Below are positions 38,067 to 48,248 of a stretch of 64,000 nt of DNA, piece by piece (the stretch's first letter is position 1; each line of letters starts with the position of its first letter). The stretch covers positions 1 through 64,000 of IMG/VR virus record IMGVR_UViG_3300008107_000014; one strand, given 5' to 3'. Below the pieces are notes generated by a model. That model was not told the origin of the DNA. It did not search any database and was given only the letters and a program-made list of their open reading frames with translations. Source of the DNA: a virus. The translations under genes and the position numbers were made by a program.

Positions 38067-39881
38067 ATGTCATATCAGATTAATAAATGGAACGGTGACG
38101 AATTAACTGTTCTTGAAGACGGAAGGATAAATGCCAACACTAGTATTAAACTAGTAGGCAGAAATTATTCAGGCTATGGTGAGATTCAAAACGAAAACTT
38201 TTTGTTTTTATTAGAAAATTTTGCAGGACAAGGTGCTCCGGCTAAACCGATAACTGGACAAATTTATTATAATACAGTAACTAAAATTTTAAGTTTGTAT
38301 GATGGAAATGATTGGAATCCGGTATCAGCAGCATCCATTGCTGATGATCCGTCTATTACTCCTGCCGAAGGTGAACTTTGGATTAAAAATTCTACTAAAC
38401 AACTTTTTATCTATGACGGCACTTCGCCGTATACCGAAGCAGGTTGGAAATTAATTGGTCCGGAAGCAGTTGAGCCACCATTTGGTGTTACTAGATTAGT
38501 AAGTGCAAGAATTCGAGATTTATCTTTAAATTATCATGCTATCAGCAAATTAATAGTCAACGACATTGTATTAGCAATTCTTAGTGCTGATATCTTTACA
38601 ATTAATTCGTTGGATGCAATTCCTGGTTTTTCGTCAATCACTAAAGGCATTAACCTATCGTTACTAGCAGGATTCCAAGGGGACGTTAGCGGCAATGCTG
38701 GTAGTGCCAATCAATTAAGAATACCAAGAAAGATCAACGGAGTTGATTTTAATGGAACAGCAGATATTTCAATCAGTGCCACATTAATAAATTCCCTTTC
38801 ACGCGGAACACATCTAATTGGCGGCGCCACCGGATTTAATGGATCTGCTAGTTCGACTTGGAGTGTAGATGCATCTACTACCCAAAACGGTAAAATTGTT
38901 TTAAGAGATATTATTGGTAATTTCACAGCTAACGAAATTACAGCAAACCTAGTAGGCAATGTAAGAGGTGATCTAACTGGTGATGTTTATGCAACTAGTG
39001 GCACAAAAGTTTTAGAAAGCGGCACAACTGGCGGTAATGCTACGTTTACAGGTAGTGTTACTGGTAATGTTACTGGTAATGCAGATACTGCAACTAAGCT
39101 AATACAGTCTAGGACAATTAACGGTGTTGCATTTGATGGTACTCAAAATATTACTATCAGTGCATCGGCAGCATCGGGATTAACAGCCGGTGCATATATT
39201 ACTGTTAACGGGGGATCTGGATCTACATTCAATGGCGCAGAAATACAAACATGGAATGTAAAAGCCGATACCGGACCAGTTCCATTATTTTTAGTTGCTA
39301 GAGATGCTTCGGGTGATTTTGCTGCGAGAGAAATCACAGCAACTAAGTTTATTGGAAATGCAGACACTGCTACAAAATTAGTTTCTGCAAAGAATATTAA
39401 CGGTGTAGCATTTGACGGCACACAGAGCATTACAATTAGTGACAACACTAAGATGCCAAACGCTGGCGGACAGTTTACCGGGTTTATAACCTTACATGCT
39501 AGACCAACACAAGAATTTCATGCTGCTACCAAAGAATACGTAGATTATAAAACGAAGTCTGTTGCAGATTCAATCCCGCCTATTTTTATTAGCTTAGATA
39601 CTCGTGGATTAAATGAAACTACATCCGGTCCTGGTACAGTAGTTGAATTATTAAACACATTAGCACCTCCGAGTCAGTTTGCAGCAGGCGTGTTGTGTCG
39701 AGTGGCATCAACTATTCAAAACGTAAGCACTTCAGTTACTGCATCTACTGGTAGTTTTATTGGTAGAGCGTTTTTAACAGGTGTATCAGTGACCACTACA
39801 GTTAGTGATCCTGGTAGAAACAATGATTTAGTTTATAGAACTAATAGTCTAAGAACAAGTTGGGAATATGTATCAGGATAA
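38067..39881 (+). CDS. Tail fibre protein with internal repeats
   Basis: Same N-terminal module; three GNA..A..L.....INGVxFxGT.xI.IS repeats; HAATKEYVD. Confidence 0.8.
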   Translation: MSYQINKWNGDELTVLEDGRINANTSIKLVGRNYSGYGEIQNENFLFLLENFAGQGAPAKPITGQIYYNTVTKILSLYDGNDWNPVSAASIADDPSITPAEGELWIKNSTKQLFIYDGTSPYTEAGWKLIGPEAVEPPFGVTRLVSARIRDLSLNYHAISKLIVNDIVLAILSADIFTINSLDAIPGFSSITKGINLSLLAGFQGDVSGNAGSANQLRIPRKINGVDFNGTADISISATLINSLSRGTHLIGGATGFNGSASSTWSVDASTTQNGKIVLRDIIGNFTANEITANLVGNVRGDLTGDVYATSGTKVLESGTTGGNATFTGSVTGNVTGNADTATKLIQSRTINGVAFDGTQNITISASAASGLTAGAYITVNGGSGSTFNGAEIQTWNVKADTGPVPLFLVARDASGDFAAREITATKFIGNADTATKLVSAKNINGVAFDGTQSITISDNTKMPNAGGQFTGFITLHARPTQEFHAATKEYVDYKTKSVADSIPPIFISLDTRGLNETTSGPGTVVELLNTLAPPSQFAAGVLCRVASTIQNVSTSVTASTGSFIGRAFLTGVSVTTTVSDPGRNNDLVYRTNSLRTSWEYVSG

Positions 39882-40365
39882 AATTAAAAAGATAGAAAAT
39901 TTTTTAACCAATGCTGATGAAATTATTGCGTTAGCAGAGCAACATATTGAAAAATTTTCTATCAGAAGTCCTGGAAAGTTAGATAATTTTGAAACACCGT
40001 ATGGTAGTAGCAATTTAAAAAGTTTGTTTTACTATAATGCCAGTCAAGAGTTACAAGACGCAGTATGGAAAACTCTTCCGTATGACAAATACACTAGGGG
40101 AGATTTTGTTATTAACAGATACGATCCGGGTGATTTTTTATTAAGACACAAGGATAGTCAAGGGTGTTATTGGAAGTTTCAATTGGTGTTTTTGCAGTCC
40201 GACGAAAACCATTTTGTTTGGTATGACGAAGATAACAATCAAAACATAGTTGAAGAAAAACCGGGCATGTTATTAGACATGCCTCTATATGTAGAACATG
40301 AAGTTACTACAATAGGAATAAATGAAAGACCTAAATACAGTTTAGTTCTTTATTGGGGAATATAA
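39868..40365 (+). CDS. 2OG-Fe(II) dioxygenase
   Basis: INRYDPGDFLLRHKD (HxD), distal HEV and RPKYSLV. Confidence 0.75.
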   Translation: MYQDKIKKIENFLTNADEIIALAEQHIEKFSIRSPGKLDNFETPYGSSNLKSLFYYNASQELQDAVWKTLPYDKYTRGDFVINRYDPGDFLLRHKDSQGCYWKFQLVFLQSDENHFVWYDEDNNQNIVEEKPGMLLDMPLYVEHEVTTIGINERPKYSLVLYWGI

Positions 40366-40842
40366 ATGGCAAAAGAAACAAGAACGTTATTATTTTTAAA
40401 ATCTACAGGTGTGCTCATTGGCGAGTTGTCTGACAAAACATCAACTGAGTTTATGGATCTTGCTAAGTTTGATACTAAATCTGTAGACCTAGATGAAGGC
40501 GCCGGGGATTATTACTACGGTGATTATGCAACAGGCGAAGTACGGAATCACTATGAGAAGCCAGTCATTAACGAAAGTCTCGTTAAGTATGCCGCTAACG
40601 TAAAAATTTTAAATGCTTACCCTATACACAAGCAGATTAATATCATTATAGAGATGTTAAATGCCAATGAATCCTTGGTAAAAACTGAAAAATTCAATGA
40701 AATGATTGCATTTTTAAATGCACAGCGTCAGGCTTACATTGACAAAGTTGCTGGTTTTTCAGATCCCAATTCATTCCACTGGATCGGTGAAGCGGAAGAG
40801 CAGGCTACAAAAGTAGCCAAGCGCGGCGTGAACCTATTGTAA
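40366..40842 (+). CDS. Hypothetical protein, possible fibre assembly chaperone
   Basis: 158 aa ORF between fibre genes; YP..KQ.N helical C-terminus. Confidence 0.5.
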   Translation: MAKETRTLLFLKSTGVLIGELSDKTSTEFMDLAKFDTKSVDLDEGAGDYYYGDYATGEVRNHYEKPVINESLVKYAANVKILNAYPIHKQINIIIEMLNANESLVKTEKFNEMIAFLNAQRQAYIDKVAGFSDPNSFHWIGEAEEQATKVAKRGVNLL

Positions 40843-40873
40843 CAAACAAATAAATATAAGAACGGAGCAGACA

Positions 40874-42718
40874 ATGGCATACCAAGTTGATAAATTTAAT
40901 GGAACTTTCCTAACTAACGTACCGGACGGTACAATTGATTCTACTACAGATCTACGATTTGTTGGTAAGAATTATGCTGGTTACGGTGAAGTTCAGAACG
41001 AAAACTTTCTACATTTACTAGAAAATTTTGCAAATACCACGCAGCCCCCAAAGCGTATTTCTGGACAAATTTGGTATGACAGCGGTAAGAAGCGTTTGCG
41101 ATTCTTTGACGGTTCTCAATTCAAAGTTGCTAACGGTGCTGAAATCGGCGATATTGCTCCTACAGGATTGCAAATTGGCGAGATGTGGTTAGACACTGGT
41201 ACAAATCAACTTAAAGTATGGACGAATACTGGATTTGTATTGGTTGGACCACAGACAGCACCTGGATTTGGTGCTTCGACATTTAGTGCAGTGGTAGTTA
41301 GAGCCGAAGGCGGTACAAACTATGCTATTGTAAAGGTATTAGTTGCTGACGAAACTGTTGCTGTTATCAGTAAAGCTGCATTTAAAATTGATTCAACAAT
41401 TAATCCGGTTCCGGGATTCAGTGAAATTAAAAAAGGATTTACTCTACCAGAGGCTAATGGTACTACTGGAGTTACTGCATTAAACTGGAAATTCTGGGGT
41501 ACGGCAGCAAATGCAGATAGACTAGGTGGTGCACTGGCCAGTGAATACATTAAAACCAGCGAAGCTAGCTTTAGTAATCCAGTTACATTTACCAACGACG
41601 GTTTTGAAGTTGGTTTTCCTGGAGGTAAACCATTTAGAGTGTTTATTGAAGGCGGCGAGTTTCCAATTATTCAAAACTCTAAAGGTCTTAACGGTGACCC
41701 GGGTACACTAACGTTTCGAATTAAACAAGTTGACGTAGATAGAGATCCGATCGTAATTAATAAAGATGGATTTTATCCTATTCTTCCGTCTGGCACAACT
41801 TTACCTGTATTTGATATAGGTAAAACAGATAGCAAATATAGAAACGTTTATGCTACAACAGTGTATGCAAATACCCAAGGTAATGTCATAGACTCTACAG
41901 GAACTAAAACATTACTAAATGTCACTGATAGATCATTTGCTGGTAATATTATTGCCAATGACGGTACTACATCGTTTAACGCTCAGACTAGAGTTTTCAA
42001 CGGATTCTTTACTGGATCTGTAGGAACAACCCAAGTACCTGCGGCAGTTATCGGAGACGTTACAGGCAACGTTACTGGTCGTTCGGGCACATTGGTAGTT
42101 GACGGCGGCGAAGCTAGATCTGCAACATCAACCGGCATACTAGTCAACACAGTAGCAGCTAGGGATGTCAATGGCGACTTAACTGCCCGTATTTTTAAAG
42201 GCACTTCGGAAAAATCCGATAAATTAAAAGTAGGCAGTTCCGAATATTATACTGCATCGATCGCAGTTCCATCAGGCGGCGACAAAACTTCCATTGTATC
42301 TAGAGACAACAACGGCGATATCAACGTTAATGTTATGAACGGTACTGCTACCGCAGCACGTTATGCTGACTTAGCAGAAAAATATCTTCCTGATGCAGAC
42401 TATGAAGCTGGCACTGTAGTGGTGATTGGTGGAGAGAAAGAAGTTACTGCTAGTTCATGGGGACAACGTGCTATTGGTGTAGTAAGTACTAACCCAGCTT
42501 ATATGATGAATAAAGACCTAGAAGGCGGCGTATATATTGCACTTAAAGGTCGTGTACCAGTTAAAGTTATTGGTCGCGTTAAAAAAGGCGACGAATTGAT
42601 TGCAGCAGATAATGGATATGCAATGATGGCAGTTCCTCATGCTAGCAGAGTTTTTGCAGTAGCTTTAGAAAGTAATAATGACGAAGGCGGGAAGGTCATT
42701 GAAGCTTTAATTTTATAA
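40874..42718 (+). CDS. Tail fibre protein with C-terminal intramolecular-chaperone-like (peptidase G2 type) domain
   Basis: Same N-terminal module; C-terminal ARYADLAEKY..D..YEAGTVV...GVVST.PAY.M...ALKGRVPVKV; TAAATA at 40851-40856. Confidence 0.8.
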   Translation: MAYQVDKFNGTFLTNVPDGTIDSTTDLRFVGKNYAGYGEVQNENFLHLLENFANTTQPPKRISGQIWYDSGKKRLRFFDGSQFKVANGAEIGDIAPTGLQIGEMWLDTGTNQLKVWTNTGFVLVGPQTAPGFGASTFSAVVVRAEGGTNYAIVKVLVADETVAVISKAAFKIDSTINPVPGFSEIKKGFTLPEANGTTGVTALNWKFWGTAANADRLGGALASEYIKTSEASFSNPVTFTNDGFEVGFPGGKPFRVFIEGGEFPIIQNSKGLNGDPGTLTFRIKQVDVDRDPIVINKDGFYPILPSGTTLPVFDIGKTDSKYRNVYATTVYANTQGNVIDSTGTKTLLNVTDRSFAGNIIANDGTTSFNAQTRVFNGFFTGSVGTTQVPAAVIGDVTGNVTGRSGTLVVDGGEARSATSTGILVNTVAARDVNGDLTARIFKGTSEKSDKLKVGSSEYYTASIAVPSGGDKTSIVSRDNNGDINVNVMNGTATAARYADLAEKYLPDADYEAGTVVVIGGEKEVTASSWGQRAIGVVSTNPAYMMNKDLEGGVYIALKGRVPVKVIGRVKKGDELIAADNGYAMMAVPHASRVFAVALESNNDEGGKVIEALIL

Positions 42719-42731
42719 TTAGGATAATACA

Positions 42732-43649
42732 GTGGCAAATATTACAGCTGACTCATTTAATATTGATCTAAGGCAAAAAATTGCAAGTGTTCTTGTAAGT
42801 GGTTACGGCGGTACGATGTTGTCTTCGCCAATTATTCGAGATCCAGGAACAAATTTGTACCCCTTAGTTGACGACTCAGAATGGGATAATTTAAGATTAG
42901 ATGCTCTAGCAGCTCGTGTACATCAGATTGGTACATCGCCTGCATTTGCTGAAGTAAATGCCAATGATCTAATTTCCACAGCAGTATTTGATCGATATCT
43001 AACCCTAGCAGAACAAATAGTATTAGACTCGGGTGATGTTGCAGTTGGGCAGTATCAGGATATTGTGCCAACTAATTTAGTCAATCCAACACTAACAGTA
43101 AGTTTTGGTAAAACTGCATATCATAGAACCACTGTGACTTTTGCTAATGCCGCGGCCGCTAATCAATTTTTTAACTCGGGCGGCGGATTTTTAATGAGAT
43201 TTGAATTTACTCCTACCCTTACTGGGCCGGCAGGTGCTCAAAGTAGAATATTTGAATCATTGAGCAGTCAAATGGGTCAACAATTTTATGGAAAAACCCA
43301 GTGGACATCAGCAACAACTAACTATGTAAACTGGGCAACTCCCACAGTGTCTGCTGATTCGGCATATGGCGGTAACTATCTTAGATTCAGAGCAGCAACA
43401 AATACTTCTAATCACTTACTAGCAACTCAATTAACCTTTGAAGTATTGCTAGAGTCTGTATATACCACATTTGGTCCTAGCGGAAGTGGTGCTGGAGCAA
43501 TTAGCTACGGCGATCAAGTTGGTGGATTTGCAGCTATTGACATTGTACAACGAAGAAGTTATATAAACAATCCAAGTCCGGTAACCACTGAGTTTTGGAA
43601 CTACGATGCTAATTGGACTGTTCAGGGTCAGCCTGTTACCTATCCGTGA
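42732..43649 (+). CDS. Virion/fibre-associated protein, paralog 1
   Basis: EWDNLRLD..AR.HQ and FANAAAANQFFNSGG shared with the next gene. Confidence 0.6.
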   Translation: MANITADSFNIDLRQKIASVLVSGYGGTMLSSPIIRDPGTNLYPLVDDSEWDNLRLDALAARVHQIGTSPAFAEVNANDLISTAVFDRYLTLAEQIVLDSGDVAVGQYQDIVPTNLVNPTLTVSFGKTAYHRTTVTFANAAAANQFFNSGGGFLMRFEFTPTLTGPAGAQSRIFESLSSQMGQQFYGKTQWTSATTNYVNWATPTVSADSAYGGNYLRFRAATNTSNHLLATQLTFEVLLESVYTTFGPSGSGAGAISYGDQVGGFAAIDIVQRRSYINNPSPVTTEFWNYDANWTVQGQPVTYP

Positions 43650-43682
43650 GTAGATATATAATAAGATAACAGGAAAAATACA

Positions 43683-44669
43683 GTGCCAAAAATTAGTGCA
43701 GATTCGTTTAACATAGATATAAGAAAACCCCTGGGGGCAGTGCTTGACAGCGGCAATACCTATTGGGTAGTTGGCGATACACAATATGCTAATAGATTCC
43801 AATTTGGTTACGGTGTACCCCTAGCACAATCAGTAGCGATTACAAAATCAGATAACATCGACGACCCCGAGTGGGATAATTTAAGATTAGATTTAATTAA
43901 AGCTAGAACTCACCAAAAAGGTCTTACGTGGGTTACTAATAACTTAGGTCTGCAAAACGATAGAACTGGAAATAATAACGCAAATGATGTAACCACAGGC
44001 GATAAGGTGTTAAATTCAGTATACACCAAATATCAAACTGTTGCATCTGATCTATTAACTGATAAATTTTTAGTTGCCTCTGGAGAATTTGAAGAAATAA
44101 CTCCAGCACAATTGAGCTCATCAGCAACAACTATAACATTTTCAACCAGGGCAACTTGGCAATTTGTAGTAACTTGGGCTAATGCTGCTGCTGCTAACGC
44201 ATTCTTTAATGCAGGCGGTGCATTCCTTTTTGGTATTGACGCCACCAACGGTGTTTACACGGGCTTTCAGCGATTACAAAGTGATGCATTTGCTAATTTA
44301 CTCGCCCCTGGCGGAACTCCAACTTTGTTAACTTTTCAAGCAGCAAACTGGTATGGAAACGCAAGCACAACTGGGTATACTTTGATATCTTATAATCTAG
44401 CAGATGCTCGATATAGTACAAATCGAGTTGATATTAGAGTACTAACTAATACAAATACAATCGGCTCTTCAAGCAGACTAACCATACGAGTTGTACTCGA
44501 GTCAGTTTATGCAGGTGGTGCGACGAGTGGCGGGGGTGCTGGAGCGGTCGGCTACGGAGATTCGGTGTCGTTGACTTTAGAACCCCAAGTCACTGAACGT
44601 CGAAGTACTAATACTATTATATCACCTGTGCCGACTAGCTATGCATACGGCACTTGGTCCTTCAATTAA
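43683..44669 (+). CDS. Virion/fibre-associated protein, paralog 2
   Basis: EWDNLRLD..AR.HQ and WANAAAANAFFNAGG; same GTG start context as the previous gene. Confidence 0.6.
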   Translation: MPKISADSFNIDIRKPLGAVLDSGNTYWVVGDTQYANRFQFGYGVPLAQSVAITKSDNIDDPEWDNLRLDLIKARTHQKGLTWVTNNLGLQNDRTGNNNANDVTTGDKVLNSVYTKYQTVASDLLTDKFLVASGEFEEITPAQLSSSATTITFSTRATWQFVVTWANAAAANAFFNAGGAFLFGIDATNGVYTGFQRLQSDAFANLLAPGGTPTLLTFQAANWYGNASTTGYTLISYNLADARYSTNRVDIRVLTNTNTIGSSSRLTIRVVLESVYAGGATSGGGAGAVGYGDSVSLTLEPQVTERRSTNTIISPVPTSYAYGTWSFN

Positions 44670-44691
44670 GCAAAATATAAACAGAGTACTT

Positions 44692-44699
44692 TATAAATA
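44692..44699 (+). promoter_or_regulatory. Perfect T4 late promoter TATAAATA heading the glycosylation cluster
   Basis: TATAAATA 26 nt upstream of ATG 44725. Confidence 0.65.
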
Positions 44700-44724
44700 A
44701 CTGCATACAATTACAGGGTTATTT

Positions 44725-45075
44725 ATGGAAGATATTCTTAAATCTGCTTTAGAATTTTCTAATTTTAGAAAAAATCTTGAACTACAAAAGAAAACATTAA
44801 AAGATAAGTTAGCTGCAAACTTAACGATTGGGTATGACGGCGGCATATTTCATATTGATCAATCGTTGATAGTTTTTGTAGAATTTTTAATTTCAAAATC
44901 TCGAATTGAAAATATTCCTATAATTGATTGCAATCAAAATCCAATCAATGTAAAAAGTGTTTTAGAATTTCAAGAAAAAATACTCGATGTGTATTTTACT
45001 TCTACTAACAATTATTTGTTAGAATTTGAAAAACTTAAAGTTACACGCTCAAATACTGATTTGTTAAAACTATGA
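44725..45075 (+). CDS. Hypothetical protein
   Basis: 116 aa ORF; ATGA overlap with the next gene. Confidence 0.65.
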   Translation: MEDILKSALEFSNFRKNLELQKKTLKDKLAANLTIGYDGGIFHIDQSLIVFVEFLISKSRIENIPIIDCNQNPINVKSVLEFQEKILDVYFTSTNNYLLEFEKLKVTRSNTDLLKL

Positions 45076-45887
45076 GTCGTGGTATTTTAATATACGCTCA
45101 TAACAACGAAACGCTCGACTATGTTTCGTTGGCATGTGCATCGGCTAAATTAGCATCGACTCATTTAGGTTATCCCGTGACATTAGTTTCTGACAACGAA
45201 TCTATCAATTCAACTTCGTCATCTTATTCTAAATATTTTGAAACGGTTGTATTAGTTGATAAACCCCACAATCAAAATAAACGTATTGTCAACGGAAGTA
45301 TTTCTTCTTTTTTAAATGGTAATCGATCTTCGGCATGGGATACTACCCCCTATGATCATACTCTTGTAATTGATGCAGACTATTTTACCTTCACAGACAA
45401 ATTAAACAATTATTGGGATATTGATCAAAGTTTTATGATTGCTAGTGCGGCTAATTTTTTTATAGATTCATTAAAGGGGTTTTTAGATAACAAAACATCT
45501 AGTCAAGGACTTCCTTTAAAATGGGCTACCACTCTGATGTTTAAAAAGGATCAGGAATCGAAAATGATCTTTGATCTTGTGGACTCAATTAAATCAAACT
45601 ACCATTATTTTTATAGTCTTTATAACTTTGATAATCGAATATATCGCAACGATATTGCATTCACAATTGCCTGCCATATTCTAAGAGGACATTTAACCGG
45701 ATCAGATTACGAACTTCCTGCAATTAATACGGTATATAGTCAAACCTCAATTATTAGCATTGATCCGGATTCAAAATTAAAATTATTAATTCAGCCTCAT
45801 GATCCTTATATCCTTTCCACAAGTGGCATTGATTTGCATTTTTTAAACAAAGAGGATTTAATGCCTCACTTAGGAAAATTTTTATGA
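45072..45887 (+). CDS. GT-A fold glycosyltransferase (GT8-like)
   Basis: TPYDHTLVIDADY (DxD) and RND.AF.IA. Confidence 0.7.
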   Translation: MSRGILIYAHNNETLDYVSLACASAKLASTHLGYPVTLVSDNESINSTSSSYSKYFETVVLVDKPHNQNKRIVNGSISSFLNGNRSSAWDTTPYDHTLVIDADYFTFTDKLNNYWDIDQSFMIASAANFFIDSLKGFLDNKTSSQGLPLKWATTLMFKKDQESKMIFDLVDSIKSNYHYFYSLYNFDNRIYRNDIAFTIACHILRGHLTGSDYELPAINTVYSQTSIISIDPDSKLKLLIQPHDPYILSTSGIDLHFLNKEDLMPHLGKFL

Positions 45888-46732
45888 GCTTTGGATATTT
45901 AATAATTGTTTCCGATAGTTCAACAGCAAATTACCACAGACTTGCTCATGCTCTAGCATTGTCTATTAAAACTACCCAACCTCTAGGATATGATAATGTT
46001 GCAATTGTAACTGACAGTGAAGAATGGCTTCCTATCCTTAGCCATATATGGGCGTTTGATAAAGTTATATTTTGGAATAAAGAAACATACTGGGACGGCC
46101 GATCGCATATGGATGAATTAAGTCCATGGGACTCAACAGTGTGCCTTGATGCGGACATGTTATTTCTTTCGGATTACAGTCACTGGATACAAAAACTTGA
46201 AGAATTTACACCATTATATATTCCGTCAACAGTGACTACATTTAGGGGTGATATAGTTACTAGCGACTATTATCGTCGACTACAAACTTTAAATAACATC
46301 CCTACGCTTTATTCGGCATTCACATATTTTAAAAAAGCTGATCCAATGACAGCAGAATTTTTTAATTTAGTAAGATACATAACTAAATACCCTGATGAGT
46401 TTAGAAATCTATTGTTAAATGTTGATAACGGGGTAGTTTTAGGAACCGACGAAATATTTGGATTAGCTTCAAAAGTCCTAGGACTAACAGATAATATATC
46501 TTTTAGTCTACCGTTTCCTAGAATAGTTCATATGAAATCGCAGATACAAGATTGTATGAATTTAAACGAAGATTGGGTTAATGATTTAAAATTTTCTTTT
46601 GATAGAAGTGCAACTCTAAAAATTGGAAATTATGAACAGACTGATATTGTACATTATGTTAACAAGAAATTAATTACAATTGACGAAATTAATACCTATA
46701 ATAGAATAACACGAAAAAGGATTAAACTATGA
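45884..46732 (+). CDS. GT-A fold glycosyltransferase (GT8-like)
   Basis: SPWDSTVCLDADMLF (DxD), TDE.FGLA, IVHMK, IVHY. Confidence 0.7.
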   Translation: MSFGYLIIVSDSSTANYHRLAHALALSIKTTQPLGYDNVAIVTDSEEWLPILSHIWAFDKVIFWNKETYWDGRSHMDELSPWDSTVCLDADMLFLSDYSHWIQKLEEFTPLYIPSTVTTFRGDIVTSDYYRRLQTLNNIPTLYSAFTYFKKADPMTAEFFNLVRYITKYPDEFRNLLLNVDNGVVLGTDEIFGLASKVLGLTDNISFSLPFPRIVHMKSQIQDCMNLNEDWVNDLKFSFDRSATLKIGNYEQTDIVHYVNKKLITIDEINTYNRITRKRIKL

Positions 46733-47358
46733 GTTTCCAAGAAAAAGTAGATCAATTTATTAAAGACGCCACTCCGGTTTGGCATATTACCTACAACGAA
46801 GTAAATTATAGAATCTTGGGAATACATCCTAAAGATCCTAGAAATTCTCCAATTCAAAATCCACTACTTAGTGTTCGAGTTAAACCAATTGATGATGATC
46901 AATTATCGTTGGTTGAAGAAATACTAGCTAGAGGAATTTTTAATTATGATGTAGATAAAGATACATTAAAAATTAAATTAAGAGACAGATCTAAATCTGC
47001 TAACGACTACGGTGATTTTGTTAGAATCGAATTTACACCAGATCTAGATCCTACAAATTTAGATACATCTTTGTCAATTTTGTTAGCGCAAAAAGTTTTT
47101 AAGGTTAAATTATTAACAGATGCAGCAGTTGCTAGAGTCTCTTCAATGTTAAACACTCCTGAAGAAGATCCTAAGATGCGATTTTATATTACTGAATATA
47201 ATAATCCCAACAAATTATTGCATCCGATTGTACTTCCAGCTAGAGTACTAGCAGAACAACGAGAAGTTGATATACATTTTGACGGTGCTGATCTTCCTCA
47301 AGATATTAGCATCTACTATATTAAGATCTTTGATAATATTAGATTTGAGGTTCGATGA
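46729..47358 (+). CDS. Hypothetical protein
   Basis: 209 aa ORF overlapping both neighbours by 4 nt. Confidence 0.6.
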   Translation: MSFQEKVDQFIKDATPVWHITYNEVNYRILGIHPKDPRNSPIQNPLLSVRVKPIDDDQLSLVEEILARGIFNYDVDKDTLKIKLRDRSKSANDYGDFVRIEFTPDLDPTNLDTSLSILLAQKVFKVKLLTDAAVARVSSMLNTPEEDPKMRFYITEYNNPNKLLHPIVLPARVLAEQREVDIHFDGADLPQDISIYYIKIFDNIRFEVR

Positions 47359-48248
47359 AAGTAATAGAATTTGATACTGTTTTTCTTAGCTATGACGAAC
47401 CAAATGCTGAGAAAAATTATGCAGACTTGTGCAATAAGGTACCTTGGGCTAAACGCATCCATGGTGTTAAGGGCAGTGACAAAGCACATAAGGCAGCAGC
47501 AGACATTGCAGAGACTGAGTGGTTAGTTACTGTAGATGGAGACAATGTTGTTGACTCCGGTTTCTTTGACATGGACCTTGACATGTCAAATCCTAAGATA
47601 CAAGTATATGGCTGGTGTGGGATTAATTCCATTAATGGACTCCAATACGGTAATGGCGGATTAAAAATTTGGCATCGTGACTTTATTAAGAATATGAAGA
47701 CTCACGAAGAAGCAGAGACTCCTCAAGCACAGGTAGATTTTTGTTGGGAAGATGGTTACAAAAATCACCCTAAGACATTTAGTCAAAGCAACATTCATTA
47801 TACTCCATACCAAGCATGGAGAGCAGGGTTCCGAGAAGGTGTTAAGATGACTTTGCTCGACGGAGTTAAAGTTAAACCTACAGAAATCAAACGGTCAGTA
47901 TGGTGGCACAATATACATAGACTTAAGATATGGTCAACAGTTGGTGCTCATGTTGACAACGGTCTATATGCAGTACACGGTGCTAGACTTGGAACATATA
48001 TGACAAACTGCACCGATTGGGATTATGTTCAGGTTAGAGATTTTGAAGTACTTAAAGAAATATACGAACAAAAAGTAAATCATGATAATCTCGAACAAGA
48101 TATAAAAGATCTTGGTTATGAGTTACACACTAAGTTAGGATTTGATTGGCCTTACTTAGATGAAAAACAAAGTAAATTTACCGTGGACATTTATAGAGAA
48201 ACTATGGATCTTTGCGCTACTTATTATTTTCCAGATCGTAATGTATGA
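47355..48248 (+). CDS. Putative GT-A glycosyltransferase
   Basis: FLSYDEPNA...HGVKG..AH, VDGD, YGNGGLK, AWRAGFREG.K. Confidence 0.65.
   Translation: MKVIEFDTVFLSYDEPNAEKNYADLCNKVPWAKRIHGVKGSDKAHKAAADIAETEWLVTVDGDNVVDSGFFDMDLDMSNPKIQVYGWCGINSINGLQYGNGGLKIWHRDFIKNMKTHEEAETPQAQVDFCWEDGYKNHPKTFSQSNIHYTPYQAWRAGFREGVKMTLLDGVKVKPTEIKRSVWWHNIHRLKIWSTVGAHVDNGLYAVHGARLGTYMTNCTDWDYVQVRDFEVLKEIYEQKVNHDNLEQDIKDLGYELHTKLGFDWPYLDEKQSKFTVDIYRETMDLCATYYFPDRNV

Noticed and set aside
33996-44669. Diversity-generating retroelement or invertible tail-fibre cassette
   Set aside because: No reverse transcriptase or invertase in the window, all fibre genes are on one strand, and no adenine-specific TR/VR pair was seen.
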